A program made the position numbers and the translations under genes. Positions 9,474 to 18,611 of a stretch of DNA of 64,000 nt are shown here, one piece after another. This stretch comes from a virus (taxonomy: Duplodnaviria > Caudoviricetes), in the IMG/VR virus record IMGVR_UViG_3300036805_000137, positions 1 to 64,000 of that record; one strand, written 5' to 3'. Every line of letters starts with the position of its first letter. Within the stretch, counting starts at the first letter, position 1. The notes below the pieces were generated by a model, which saw nothing but the letters and a program-made list of their open reading frames with translations, ran no database searches and had not been told where the DNA came from.

Positions 9474-12407
9474 ATGGGCCGGGTCGGCGGTCTCCCCAAC
9501 AGAATACAGTTTAACTACACGCCGTTCTGGCGAACTGTTCCGCAACTGTTTATTGGTGTCAATGAGGATCCCTCAACGCCAGCTGCGGTCTCACGCACGG
9601 GCAACGGCGCGTTGGCCAGCGGATCATTCACACCGCCGGCTGGATCTATTATTATGGTGTTCGGGTGTGGTGGGTGGGCCACCGCACTACCGCAGACACT
9701 GGCCATCACTGACTCTGTGGGGCTCACCTGGCACTTGCTTACCATGGTGTCGGGAACCAACACCAGCAACAATGGCGGGGTTGTCGCGATCTGGTGGGCC
9801 TACACAGCGACCTCGCCCGGTGCCATGACAACGACACTGACGCCATCTGCTACCGGCGGTGGTGTTCTTAATGCTACCCGGGTTTTCTCGGGCGCCAACC
9901 CTGATCAGTCAGCTGCCACGGTCGTAACAAAGAATAACTCAGTTACCTCAGACACCGCCGGCACTGTCAGTATTACCACAACCCAAGCCGGATCACTGGT
10001 TTATGGCGTGAGTGACGATGCGACCACATCAGCAACCTATGCACTCAACGGTAATACCGCCAACATACTGGCTGTGCCGGATAGCACCGACAATGTCAGC
10101 ATGCAGGCTTGGAAGGCAATAAGCAAAACAGTAACGCCAGGTGCTGTGACCTTGGGTGGCACATGGAGTGCCAACGCATTTTATGTCATAGCAGCTGTAG
10201 AGATCCTACCCGCAGTCGCAGCGGTGCCCACCGCCGTTGAGAGCGGACTCAGTGTACTAGGTGTAGTTCCTTATGCTGCGCCAGTACAGGCAACTGTTGC
10301 TAAGATCGTAAATCCGCTGGGTGCCGTCAGTAGTGTACTGCCGCATAAATCCGTAAACAGTCTCGGCAGGATGCCGGTAGGTATCTCTGCGACAGTCGCG
10401 ACCGCTCGTGATGACCATCCTACGGGGGCAGTATCCGCGTTGGGTATTGTGCCCCGCACTGCTACGCGCAAAGTGGCCCCGCAATTAGCACTGGCACTCA
10501 TCGGGACAATTCCCCGGGTTACTCACGCCCGGGGCAGCGGTCTGGGTGTCGTCACCAACCCCGCGACCTATGCATCAGGGTTCACCACAAGCACGACACC
10601 AAAAACATTGTCAATCACCGTGACTGCTGGCGATGTCCTGATCATCACCCAAGTCAGCGGCGACCCAAATAACCAAGTATGGGCTACACCAACCGGCGGT
10701 GGTCTCACCTACACTCCGCTGCAATCACAATCCCCCAACGGGCAGCTGCAGGTATGGTCAGCAACTGCGGGAACATCACAGACTTTCACGATGACCGCGG
10801 CAGTTACAGCTAACCCGTTCAATACCCAGTGGGGATTTTTTGTCTACCAGTTCACTGGAGTGAGCGCGGTCGGTGCCAGTGCTACCGCGATGAACAACAG
10901 CGTGGCCCCTTCGATCGGCTTGACTACTACAGTCAGCCATTCCGCTATTTTTATGGTTGACATTGACGCGAATGTGTCAACGTCCGCGGCTACCTACCTC
11001 ACCGGTCCCGGGACATTTACCGAGCTCACCCATGTCAGCACGGTAGGTGGTGGCGCATTCACCGTCTGGGGCGGCTGGTACCCCGACTCAGGCACCGCTG
11101 GCGCGAAAACCGCCGGCATGTCCGCACCTACGCAGACCTACGGCATTATCGTTGTTGAGCTCCAACCTGGCCTGGGTGGCGATAACCGTGCGCAAATCGG
11201 CCGGGTAGCGTTGGGCGCAGTCGGCCTGGCCAGCGCTAAGAAAAACGCTCCGCAAACAGCTCGCGGGGTGATTGGGCTATCGGCTTACCGCAGTATCCAA
11301 ACCCAAGCAGAGAGCGGCCGGGCACTGCTGGGTGTCACCGCGCTGGTCACCCCGATCAAAAACGCCATCGTCACCGTGCGCGCCGCGGTGGGCCTCGCGA
11401 GCCGGGTCACCGAAACCAAGACGGTTGCCACCCGCGCCGCGGGCACGGTAGGGGCAGTTGGCCGGGCAACGGAGTCGCGCACCGCTGCGGTGGTGGCCAC
11501 TGCATCCGCTGGCATTCTCGCCCGGGTAGCCGGGCTGGCACGTACTACCCCGGTCATCGCTGTCGCCTACGGCGGTGTCACAGCCCGGGCCATAGTCGCC
11601 AAGGCAGCACCGACCACCTTGCGCACCGCGGCCGGCGTGACCTTGCTGAGCACCCCGCGCAAGGTCGCCATCGTGACCGACTCCGCACCTATCGGGTTGG
11701 TGGCGCTGCGCTCTAGCGCGCCATCAGCTATCGAGAGCGGGCGCGGGGTCATCGGCCTGACCGTGACGGTGCTCACCGTCAAACGATCCCCGGTGTCGGT
11801 AGCGGCATCGGTTAGCGTGCTGGGCACTGCCAGAGCGGCCAAATTCAGTGCCCAGCACGCCCTTAGCCTGATAGGCGTCGCTGCCACCGCCCGACCCGTC
11901 AAGCTGGCCGTAGTGGCTGCCTACAGCTCGCTGGGAGCCATCGGCCGGGTGCTTGATGCCAAGTCAGCACCGACCACGCTGCGTCCTGCAGTGGGCATGG
12001 TAGCCCTGAGCAATCCACGCAAGACGGTCAGCGTGGCGACCAGCGCGTTTGCCGGGGTTGCCGCATTGGCCACGGTGCGCAAAACCGTCACCCTGACTGC
12101 CCGGGCCACGGCGGGATTCGCAGCCGGGGTGACGCCGGCCAAGGCGGTTGCGGTGCGTGGGGTTGCGGTGCTCGGCATTGCCGGCACTCGTACTTTCGTC
12201 CTGCCAGGCTGGCCACCGCGCCCCATGGCTATCGCATTGACCCGCGTCATGGCGGCCGGGGTTGTCTACCTGACCACATCGAGCACCACCGCGCAGACAG
12301 AGCTCACCACCACCGCGGCCGCCGGCATTACTGAGCTCACCGAACCGGCGCACGCCGATACCGAGGTGACCCGGCCAACCACAACTGATACGGAGATCAC
12401 CCACTAG
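9474..12407 (+). CDS. Long fibre-like virion protein with 20-aa periodic repeats and two beta domains
   Basis: 977 aa; two related Thr/Ser/Gly-rich domains plus K...G periodicity of 20 residues. Confidence 0.7.
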   Translation: MGRVGGLPNRIQFNYTPFWRTVPQLFIGVNEDPSTPAAVSRTGNGALASGSFTPPAGSIIMVFGCGGWATALPQTLAITDSVGLTWHLLTMVSGTNTSNNGGVVAIWWAYTATSPGAMTTTLTPSATGGGVLNATRVFSGANPDQSAATVVTKNNSVTSDTAGTVSITTTQAGSLVYGVSDDATTSATYALNGNTANILAVPDSTDNVSMQAWKAISKTVTPGAVTLGGTWSANAFYVIAAVEILPAVAAVPTAVESGLSVLGVVPYAAPVQATVAKIVNPLGAVSSVLPHKSVNSLGRMPVGISATVATARDDHPTGAVSALGIVPRTATRKVAPQLALALIGTIPRVTHARGSGLGVVTNPATYASGFTTSTTPKTLSITVTAGDVLIITQVSGDPNNQVWATPTGGGLTYTPLQSQSPNGQLQVWSATAGTSQTFTMTAAVTANPFNTQWGFFVYQFTGVSAVGASATAMNNSVAPSIGLTTTVSHSAIFMVDIDANVSTSAATYLTGPGTFTELTHVSTVGGGAFTVWGGWYPDSGTAGAKTAGMSAPTQTYGIIVVELQPGLGGDNRAQIGRVALGAVGLASAKKNAPQTARGVIGLSAYRSIQTQAESGRALLGVTALVTPIKNAIVTVRAAVGLASRVTETKTVATRAAGTVGAVGRATESRTAAVVATASAGILARVAGLARTTPVIAVAYGGVTARAIVAKAAPTTLRTAAGVTLLSTPRKVAIVTDSAPIGLVALRSSAPSAIESGRGVIGLTVTVLTVKRSPVSVAASVSVLGTARAAKFSAQHALSLIGVAATARPVKLAVVAAYSSLGAIGRVLDAKSAPTTLRPAVGMVALSNPRKTVSVATSAFAGVAALATVRKTVTLTARATAGFAAGVTPAKAVAVRGVAVLGIAGTRTFVLPGWPPRPMAIALTRVMAAGVVYLTTSSTTAQTELTTTAAAGITELTEPAHADTEVTRPTTTDTEITH

Positions 12408-12422
12408 AGCAGGAAGGCCGCC

Positions 12423-12845
12423 ATGCTCATTTATCTCATGCATGCGCTCATGGCACTAACCCCGCCACCGAATCCACCACCAGACCCCGGCATGACTTCT
12501 AGCTGGGTGTGCCCGTGGTTGTGCTCCCCGGATGGGCCATCAACCCCCTTCGCTACACCATTGCTCACACTGGCTGACAGTATTCGTGTAATTTGTTTTT
12601 TACTCGGATTGATCACTATATCAAAAATGCCCGCTGCGATAGCGCATGCCAAGACGAGATATCACCGTATGCGTTTTTACGCGCTGGCTGCATTTATCTT
12701 GGTAGCGGTCACCACAGAGGCGGTGCACATGGGTGACACCCCGTCATACCGACTGGCACTCAATGCTTTGGGATGCGTGGCAGCCGTTTACGGAATGTCG
12801 AAATACTATGATGGTGATGAGGTTGCTAGGACGGCATCCAGGTGA
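12423..12845 (+). CDS. Membrane protein, lysis region
   Basis: About three hydrophobic segments; AGGAAGG RBS. Confidence 0.6.
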   Translation: MLIYLMHALMALTPPPNPPPDPGMTSSWVCPWLCSPDGPSTPFATPLLTLADSIRVICFLLGLITISKMPAAIAHAKTRYHRMRFYALAAFILVAVTTEAVHMGDTPSYRLALNALGCVAAVYGMSKYYDGDEVARTASR

Positions 12846-13069
12846 TCCCCAAATCCATGTCCAATGTTATTGTTGTGCTCATCTCAATTGTCTGGGTAGC
12901 CAACTTTTTTGCCCAATTCATAGTTGCCAACTATCATCCTGATCCTTCCATCAACGGCGTGTTCGGCGCCGTGGTAGGTGGTGCACTCGCTTTGACCCGC
13001 AAGGCTGACTCAGCCAAACCACCAGAGAAAACGCCCGTAAAATCTGACAACTCAGCACAGGGAGGCTGA
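12842..13069 (+). CDS. Small two-TM membrane protein (holin-like)
   Basis: GTGA overlap; two hydrophobic helices and a charged C-terminus. Confidence 0.55.
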   Translation: MIPKSMSNVIVVLISIVWVANFFAQFIVANYHPDPSINGVFGAVVGGALALTRKADSAKPPEKTPVKSDNSAQGG

Positions 13070-13075
13070 TCAATT

Positions 13076-13510
13076 ATGGGTGCGGGCTCAGGATTGTTTA
13101 TCAATTTCGCCTGGGCAGTGGGCGGTATCATCGCTGGCTATATCGGCGGGATGGTGCTCAATAAGCCGGACGGCCAGCACATCCGCACCATTGGTGGGTT
13201 AGTCATCCTTGTTATTGTGGCGCTGGGTGCCGTACTCAACTACGAAAATTCGGTTTCACTGGAAGAATCAGTAGTATGCCAGCGTGATTTCAACGAGACT
13301 TATCGCAGCGCACTGCAGGCACAATTAGACGCAGCACATCAAGAGGCACAGGCACAACGGGTATTTATTTCTGCGTTTCGCAGTGGAGATATTATGCCGA
13401 CAGTACGTGATCAAGTTTATATCACGTACTTACAGAAACTCGATGATACCGACAAACTACGTAATTCACATCCGATACCAGTCGGCAACCCGTGTGGTGA
13501 TGGTCCCTGA
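13076..13510 (+). CDS. Membrane protein, lysis region
   Basis: Two N-terminal TM segments followed by a helical CQRDFN domain; GGAGG RBS. Confidence 0.6.
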   Translation: MGAGSGLFINFAWAVGGIIAGYIGGMVLNKPDGQHIRTIGGLVILVIVALGAVLNYENSVSLEESVVCQRDFNETYRSALQAQLDAAHQEAQAQRVFISAFRSGDIMPTVRDQVYITYLQKLDDTDKLRNSHPIPVGNPCGDGP

Positions 13511-13575
13511 CTTCTACTTTCTTGTGCACATTCCAATGAATCACCCAACCTCATCACCGCAGAATGGAGAGCCCG

Positions 13576-14244
13576 ATGGCTTCCGAGCAAGACGTCATTA
13601 TCCAAATCAATGACATTACCAACCGCGTGAGTACCACCATTACCACTATGGCCGGCGATACTCGCAGTGTGGCTGACAAACTGGCCGCATTGCAGGGCGC
13701 TATCACCAGCGGTAATCAGGCAGCGGTATCAGCTGCTATGGACAACATCGCGCCAGAGCTCGGCAAGATGTCAGCGATGGCCGACCAGCTCGACACCATC
13801 AAGACTGCGCTGCACACCCTGGCCAGCGATCCCAACAACCCTGCAGAGGTCGGTGTGCCGTTGTCCGCGCTGGGCAGTGGTGGGGATGTCGAAGCAGCAC
13901 CGCCGGCCGCTACCGGTGATGCGAGTACTGCAGGTGGTGGGGATACCGGCACTACACCAGCACCGGCCGGCGATACGAGCTCAAGCGGCGGCACCCCCGC
14001 GCAAGGCAGCGCAGCCGGCGATGCGGCGCCAGCACCCGTCAGCGGCAGTGACGCACCGACTGATACCGGCGCACCGGCCGCGCCTGATCTGACCGGCCCG
14101 ACCAACACCGCGGTAGGCGGGGCGGCCGATGTGCCCACCACGCAAGCGGCCGGCATGCCCTCTGGCGAGATCCCGGCTACCGATACCGCGCCCGGCACTA
14201 CCGGCCCGACCGTGGGCTCACCCGACACCGCGCCAGGCGCATAG
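13576..14244 (+). CDS. Coiled-coil protein with long Pro/Ala/Gly/Thr disordered tail
   Basis: GGAG RBS before ATG 13576; N-terminal heptad-like helices. Confidence 0.65.
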   Translation: MASEQDVIIQINDITNRVSTTITTMAGDTRSVADKLAALQGAITSGNQAAVSAAMDNIAPELGKMSAMADQLDTIKTALHTLASDPNNPAEVGVPLSALGSGGDVEAAPPAATGDASTAGGGDTGTTPAPAGDTSSSGGTPAQGSAAGDAAPAPVSGSDAPTDTGAPAAPDLTGPTNTAVGGAADVPTTQAAGMPSGEIPATDTAPGTTGPTVGSPDTAPGA

Positions 14245-14261
14245 GGTAGGAGGGATATCAA

Positions 14262-15272
14262 TTGCCTGTTCAGTGGGCTGATGTTAGCTACTTCCAGCCT
14301 ATCGTCACTGATGAATACCCGCATCCGGTGCTGGCTATCCGGGCCAATGACGGTACCTATGAAGATCCCGCATTCGAGCACAACTACGAATGGGCTAAGG
14401 AAGCACTGACAGCCGGCCGGCTCGATATCATCATTGTCTATTGTGTGTACCGGCCGAACTGGGAACAGACCGCCAATACGTGCATGGGCATGGTTGGTCA
14501 GCCTATTGACCAGCTGGTGGTGATGATCGATGTGGAATCGTGGGGCGGCCAAATCGAGGGCAACCACTCCGCCAACATCAACAACATGCACAAGAAACTG
14601 TCGGACTGGCTGGGCAACCCGCGCCGTGTTATCGGTTACGGGAATAAGGGAGATCTTGATGCGCTGTGGCCGAGTAAGCCGCCAGGTGTGGCCTTGGTGG
14701 TGGCATCTTATGGCGGTACGACACCGACTTATCCGGGAATGGTGGCGCACCAGTACGGCGACAACATCGCGTGCAGTCCATTCGGTCCGTGTGACGCCAA
14801 CCGTGCCGACCAGCACACGGTGCAGACTCTGCTGACCACCTTTGGTATTCGTTCACGCACTAGGGAGGTTCTACACGACATGGAAAGATTGCCGGCTACT
14901 GACCGGCCGTCCGATCCCAACTCAGACCCGCGTACCTGGCCTCAGCGCAATTACACAGTCTATTTCGATGCAGCCGGCGGCTGGGAGGGTGACTGCGCTA
15001 TCGCATTCGGCTGCCAGGACTGGGGCGGCCGGACTGCAGACACCAACCGGGCTTACCTCGGTATCGCCAGCTGGAAAATGCCGGGCGGTAATTTCGAGCC
15101 GGTCCATGAGGGCGATGCCACACCGTATACCAGTGGTGGTGGCCGGGCAGTAGCCGCGCACGGTCCGGTGAGTGTTCTCGGGCCATGGGTCGCTCCGCAC
15201 GGCGCCGTTGGCATCACATTTAATTATGCGGCGCCGGGTGAGGGTTGTGTTCCGGTTGGTCGATCGGCATAG
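14262..15272 (+). CDS. Endolysin, GH25-like muramidase domain plus C-terminal domain
   Basis: WADVSYFQ...IRANDG...MIDVESWGG motifs like GH25-type actinophage lysins; TTG start with GGAGG RBS; position before a holin-like gene. Confidence 0.75.
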   Translation: MPVQWADVSYFQPIVTDEYPHPVLAIRANDGTYEDPAFEHNYEWAKEALTAGRLDIIIVYCVYRPNWEQTANTCMGMVGQPIDQLVVMIDVESWGGQIEGNHSANINNMHKKLSDWLGNPRRVIGYGNKGDLDALWPSKPPGVALVVASYGGTTPTYPGMVAHQYGDNIACSPFGPCDANRADQHTVQTLLTTFGIRSRTREVLHDMERLPATDRPSDPNSDPRTWPQRNYTVYFDAAGGWEGDCAIAFGCQDWGGRTADTNRAYLGIASWKMPGGNFEPVHEGDATPYTSGGGRAVAAHGPVSVLGPWVAPHGAVGITFNYAAPGEGCVPVGRSA

Positions 15273-15284
15273 GGAGTATCCACA

Positions 15285-15617
15285 GTGTCTATCTTCGACA
15301 AGATGAAAGATGAATTACCCACAGAAACAGGAGGCATCGAGACAATGACCAGTGCTAATGGTTCCACTCGCCCAGAGCCGTTGCTTGAGCTGTCCCGGCT
15401 GATCGGCCCGGTTATTGGGCTGGCTACCGTTGCGGTCGGCGTGGCTACCAACCTGGGTGCGGTGAGCTCGAAAACCGGCGGTTTCCTGAACAAAGGTCTC
15501 AGTTCGGCCGATATTCTGATGAGTGCTATCGGCCCGGTACTGGGTGGCATCGGCGCAATGGGTGCCGCGCACGTAGTGGCCACTCAGGGACGTAAAGTGG
15601 TTTCGCCCATTGAGTAG
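15285..15617 (+). CDS. Holin-like membrane protein
   Basis: Two hydrophobic segments, immediately after the endolysin. Confidence 0.6.
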   Translation: MSIFDKMKDELPTETGGIETMTSANGSTRPEPLLELSRLIGPVIGLATVAVGVATNLGAVSSKTGGFLNKGLSSADILMSAIGPVLGGIGAMGAAHVVATQGRKVVSPIE

Positions 15618-15633
15618 GTCTCTGGGCTGATAC

Positions 15634-15654
15634 CCCTGGCACGCACTGCCAGGG
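15634..15654 (+). terminator. Hairpin after the lysis cassette
   Basis: CCCTGGCA-cgcac-TGCCAGGG 8-bp perfect stem; no U tract. Confidence 0.4.
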
Positions 15655-15665
15655 TCACGGGGTAG

Positions 15666-15900
15666 GTGTGTGGTGCACCGGCCGGTCGGTATTCCGGGAG
15701 TGATCTGCGCGGGGATGGCGCACGACCGGCCGGTGCGGGGGAGCTGCCCTGCTCACAGTCCGATCCTGGCGGGGTGTCGCGCATCGTGAGTAGGGATGCC
15801 AGGGCCGGGCTGCCGCGCCACTTGGGAGGGGTGCCAAGAGGCGAGCGCGAGCGTAGCAGTCCGATCTTCACCATGCACGCGCAATCGCATCCCCGCACAC
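15666..15900 (+). ncRNA. Candidate structured RNA of unknown class
   Basis: 14-bp perfect stem 15675-15688/15723-15736; 10-bp stem 15747-15756/15786-15795; bulged stem 15816-15843; loop 15709-15717 complementary to 15888-15896; strand assumed from context. Confidence 0.5.
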
Positions 15901-15947
15901 GGACAGTCGTTACCCGGGGCAGGGAGTAATCCACCAACTGAGGGAGT

Positions 15948-16601
15948 GTGCTCACCCACATGCAACGTCTTGCCAGCTCAGGCCTGATCGCAGCGGTGGC
16001 TACCGGCTGCCTGCTCACTGCTACACCCAGTGCCACTGCTGCACCACCGTGCGCTGATGGCTATTTCCTGCCCGCATCAAGCCTGTTTTGCGTTCCCGAC
16101 CCTACGGCCATTGCGCCACAAGCTGCCCCTGCACCAGCACCACCTGCAGCGCCGGCACCCGCACCGCGGCGCACAATCCTCGATCGGTTACTCGGCCGCA
16201 ATCGACCCGCGCCGGCAGCACCTGTCCCCGCAGCGCCGGCACCCCCGCCAGCTACCGCCACGCCACCGCCACCTACCCCTCCTGCCCAGACACCACCACA
16301 AACCGGCCCGAACCAAGCCGGCGGCAACTCAACCAGCGGAGGCGACGCGGGGGTACTCGGCCCATTGGGGCCAGTGGTCTCCCCCGGCACCGGTAGTGGC
16401 CCGGACTCGGGTGCCAACGGCATTGGTCTGGTGCCTGGCGGCTCGCACTGCTCACCGGGTGCGGTGATAGCCGTGTTGGGCGACGTGTACACGTGTCCTG
16501 TGACAGCCGGCCCGTTGCAAACGCAAACCGCCATCATTCCGGGCCAGCCGCCTGCAGCGGGACAGAGCATTGTGGAGTACCACCTGCCCGTTACCGGCTA
16601 G
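15948..16601 (+). CDS. Secreted Pro-rich protein
   Basis: Signal-peptide-like N-terminus (LIAAVATGCLLTATPSATA-APP); Pro-rich linker; paired Cys at both ends. Confidence 0.65.
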   Translation: MLTHMQRLASSGLIAAVATGCLLTATPSATAAPPCADGYFLPASSLFCVPDPTAIAPQAAPAPAPPAAPAPAPRRTILDRLLGRNRPAPAAPVPAAPAPPPATATPPPPTPPAQTPPQTGPNQAGGNSTSGGDAGVLGPLGPVVSPGTGSGPDSGANGIGLVPGGSHCSPGAVIAVLGDVYTCPVTAGPLQTQTAIIPGQPPAAGQSIVEYHLPVTG

Positions 16602-16605
16602 ATGC

Positions 16606-17070
16606 ATGCCGCTGTTGTGTCCGGTGAACAGGCGCCAGCGCTCGATCTGGCTGACCATCCATCTGCTGGGCATGGTCGGCTGGATCGGTGTGGTGGCCGG
16701 CGCGCTGGCACTGGATCTGGGCTTGCTCGCCTGGCCCGTGGATGCGGCCGCAATCGCCTCGATCAACCAGCTACTCGCAGTCCTGACGTGCTGGGTGCTA
16801 GAGCCGTGCGTCGCGGCCACGGCCATCAGCGGGTTTGTGCTGGCGCAGATCTACCGCACCGAGTGGCCATCCTGGCTGCGGTGGAAAATGGTGCTGGTGG
16901 CCACGGTGGCGGCAGTAGGCGCCGTGCTGTTGGCATCGGGTGCCACTGAACGCATCTACACGGCACCAGCCCGTTTAGCCGGTGTTTTGCTACTGTGCAG
17001 CGTGCTGGCGCTATCAGTGATCCGGCCGGACGGACGTAAACCGTCACGGCATCGCAGACACAACAGCTAG
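16606..17070 (+). CDS. Four-TM membrane protein (DUF2269-like)
   Basis: WLTIHLLGMVGWIG...WLRWKMVL pattern; four hydrophobic segments; start trimmed from 16570. Confidence 0.6.
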   Translation: MPLLCPVNRRQRSIWLTIHLLGMVGWIGVVAGALALDLGLLAWPVDAAAIASINQLLAVLTCWVLEPCVAATAISGFVLAQIYRTEWPSWLRWKMVLVATVAAVGAVLLASGATERIYTAPARLAGVLLLCSVLALSVIRPDGRKPSRHRRHNS

Positions 17071-17078
17071 GGCACTTT

Positions 17079-18428
17079 GTGAATGATCAACTAGCGCTTA
17101 TCGGGGATGACACCCGCGTCCCGCTGGTCACCGGCAAATACTTGCGGTACCTCAATTTCGACTATGCCGCTGGTACCCCGTGCCTGGCCGCGGTCTGGAT
17201 CGCAGTGCAGAAGTTGCTGCCCTGGTATTCCAGCGTGCACCGCGGCGCCGGCTATAAGTCGCAGGTCTGCACGGAGCTCTACGAAAAAGCCCGGGTGCAT
17301 GTCCGCAACTTCGCAGGCGCGGCGCCGGACACCTGCGTGATCTTCACGCGCAACACCACGGATGCGCTTAACCTGCTCGCCCACTCGCTGCCGGCCGGCG
17401 CCCGGGTGGTCTCCTGGGCCAGCGACCATCACGCGCCACTGCTGAGCATGCAGCGTGCACACCATCACGTGCTGCCCATCCCTGCGCACCCGGCCGATGC
17501 GCTAGCCGACCTCGCCCACGTGCTGCGCCACTACCAAGTGGACTTGGTCGCCATCACCGCGGCCAGCAACGTAACCGGCGAGATCTGGCCCTACCGCGAG
17601 ATTGCTGCGATGTGCCGCGCGGTGGGTACCAAGACGGTGCTTGATGCTGCCCAGATGGCCCCGCACCGGCAGCTTGACATGGAGCAATGGGGCATTGATT
17701 TCGTGGCGTTTTCCGGCGGCAAGCTCTACGCACCATTCGGCTGCGGGGCGCTGGTCGGCTATGCCATGTGGCTGGAGACCGGCGCGCCGATGCTCCGCGG
17801 TGGCGGGGCAGTTGATTACGTGCACCTCGATGAGGTTTTCTGGACGTCGCTGCCCGACCGCCAGGAGGCCGGCTCACCCAACCTCATTGGTGCAGTGGCC
17901 CTGGGTGAGGCCTGCCGGATCCTCACCCACGCCGGCATGGCCCGGCTAGAGGTCACAGAGACGCAGCTGCACCGCCGGCTAGAAGCTCGCCTAGCCAAGG
18001 TGGACGGGTTGACCCTGCACCGAATGTGGCCGGCGGGTGAGGTCTCTCGGCTGGGTGTGTCGTGCTGGACAGCGCAGCAAGTGGGCTATGCCAAGTTCGC
18101 TACCGTGCTGTCAGCTGAGTGGGCGGCCGGCGTGCGCCACGGCTGTCTGTGTGCCCATCCACTGGTGACCAAACTGCTGGGCATCGATGACATCACCGCC
18201 CGCACCTTGGGAGCTGCCAAGGCGGCAGGCGACCAGCGATTGCCGGGTGTAGTGCGTGGGTCGATTGGCCTGGGCACCACAGGTGAGGATGTTGACGCGC
18301 TGGTCGCTGCAGTCGAGGCGATTTGCGCGGGCGAGATCGAGTGGACTTACGAGCTGAGCGCGGATCACACCCAGTGCCGGCCCGACCCTGACCCCCGGAC
18401 TGCCATGGCGGCCGGTGTCCCTCTCTAG
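17079..18428 (+). CDS. PLP-dependent class V aminotransferase, cysteine desulfurase (SufS/CsdA)-like
   Basis: SVHRGAG, IFTRNTTDALN, DAAQ, FSGGKLYAPFG (PLP Lys), EAGSPN and RHGCLCAHP (catalytic Cys) motifs. Confidence 0.9.
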   Translation: MNDQLALIGDDTRVPLVTGKYLRYLNFDYAAGTPCLAAVWIAVQKLLPWYSSVHRGAGYKSQVCTELYEKARVHVRNFAGAAPDTCVIFTRNTTDALNLLAHSLPAGARVVSWASDHHAPLLSMQRAHHHVLPIPAHPADALADLAHVLRHYQVDLVAITAASNVTGEIWPYREIAAMCRAVGTKTVLDAAQMAPHRQLDMEQWGIDFVAFSGGKLYAPFGCGALVGYAMWLETGAPMLRGGGAVDYVHLDEVFWTSLPDRQEAGSPNLIGAVALGEACRILTHAGMARLEVTETQLHRRLEARLAKVDGLTLHRMWPAGEVSRLGVSCWTAQQVGYAKFATVLSAEWAAGVRHGCLCAHPLVTKLLGIDDITARTLGAAKAAGDQRLPGVVRGSIGLGTTGEDVDALVAAVEAICAGEIEWTYELSADHTQCRPDPDPRTAMAAGVPL

Positions 18429-18611
18429 CGCGCCGCATCACCGCGGCGTGGCCAGATACCTCCCCAACGGGTGCATTACGCTGCGCCTCTTACCTGCTAC
18501 TAACCCTGCCGATACCGTCCGGGTGTGCCCGATCGTGCTGCAGCGCAAAACCCCCGGCGTCGCCGTAGCGGTACCGGTCCCCCGTGCGCATTGGTGATCA
18601 CCTGGGCACTG

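Noticed and set aside
13716-14816. Long antisense and alternate-frame ORFs (also 1938-2711, 54455-55309 and many others)
   Set aside because: Shadow frames of GC-rich real genes, with no motifs or RBS
15666-15930. SAM-IV or cobalamin riboswitch identity for the structured region
   Set aside because: The SAM-IV core (GGCAACC...GGUGC) is not visible, and GCCACTTGGGAGG only loosely resembles a B12 box without the other conserved elements; left unassigned
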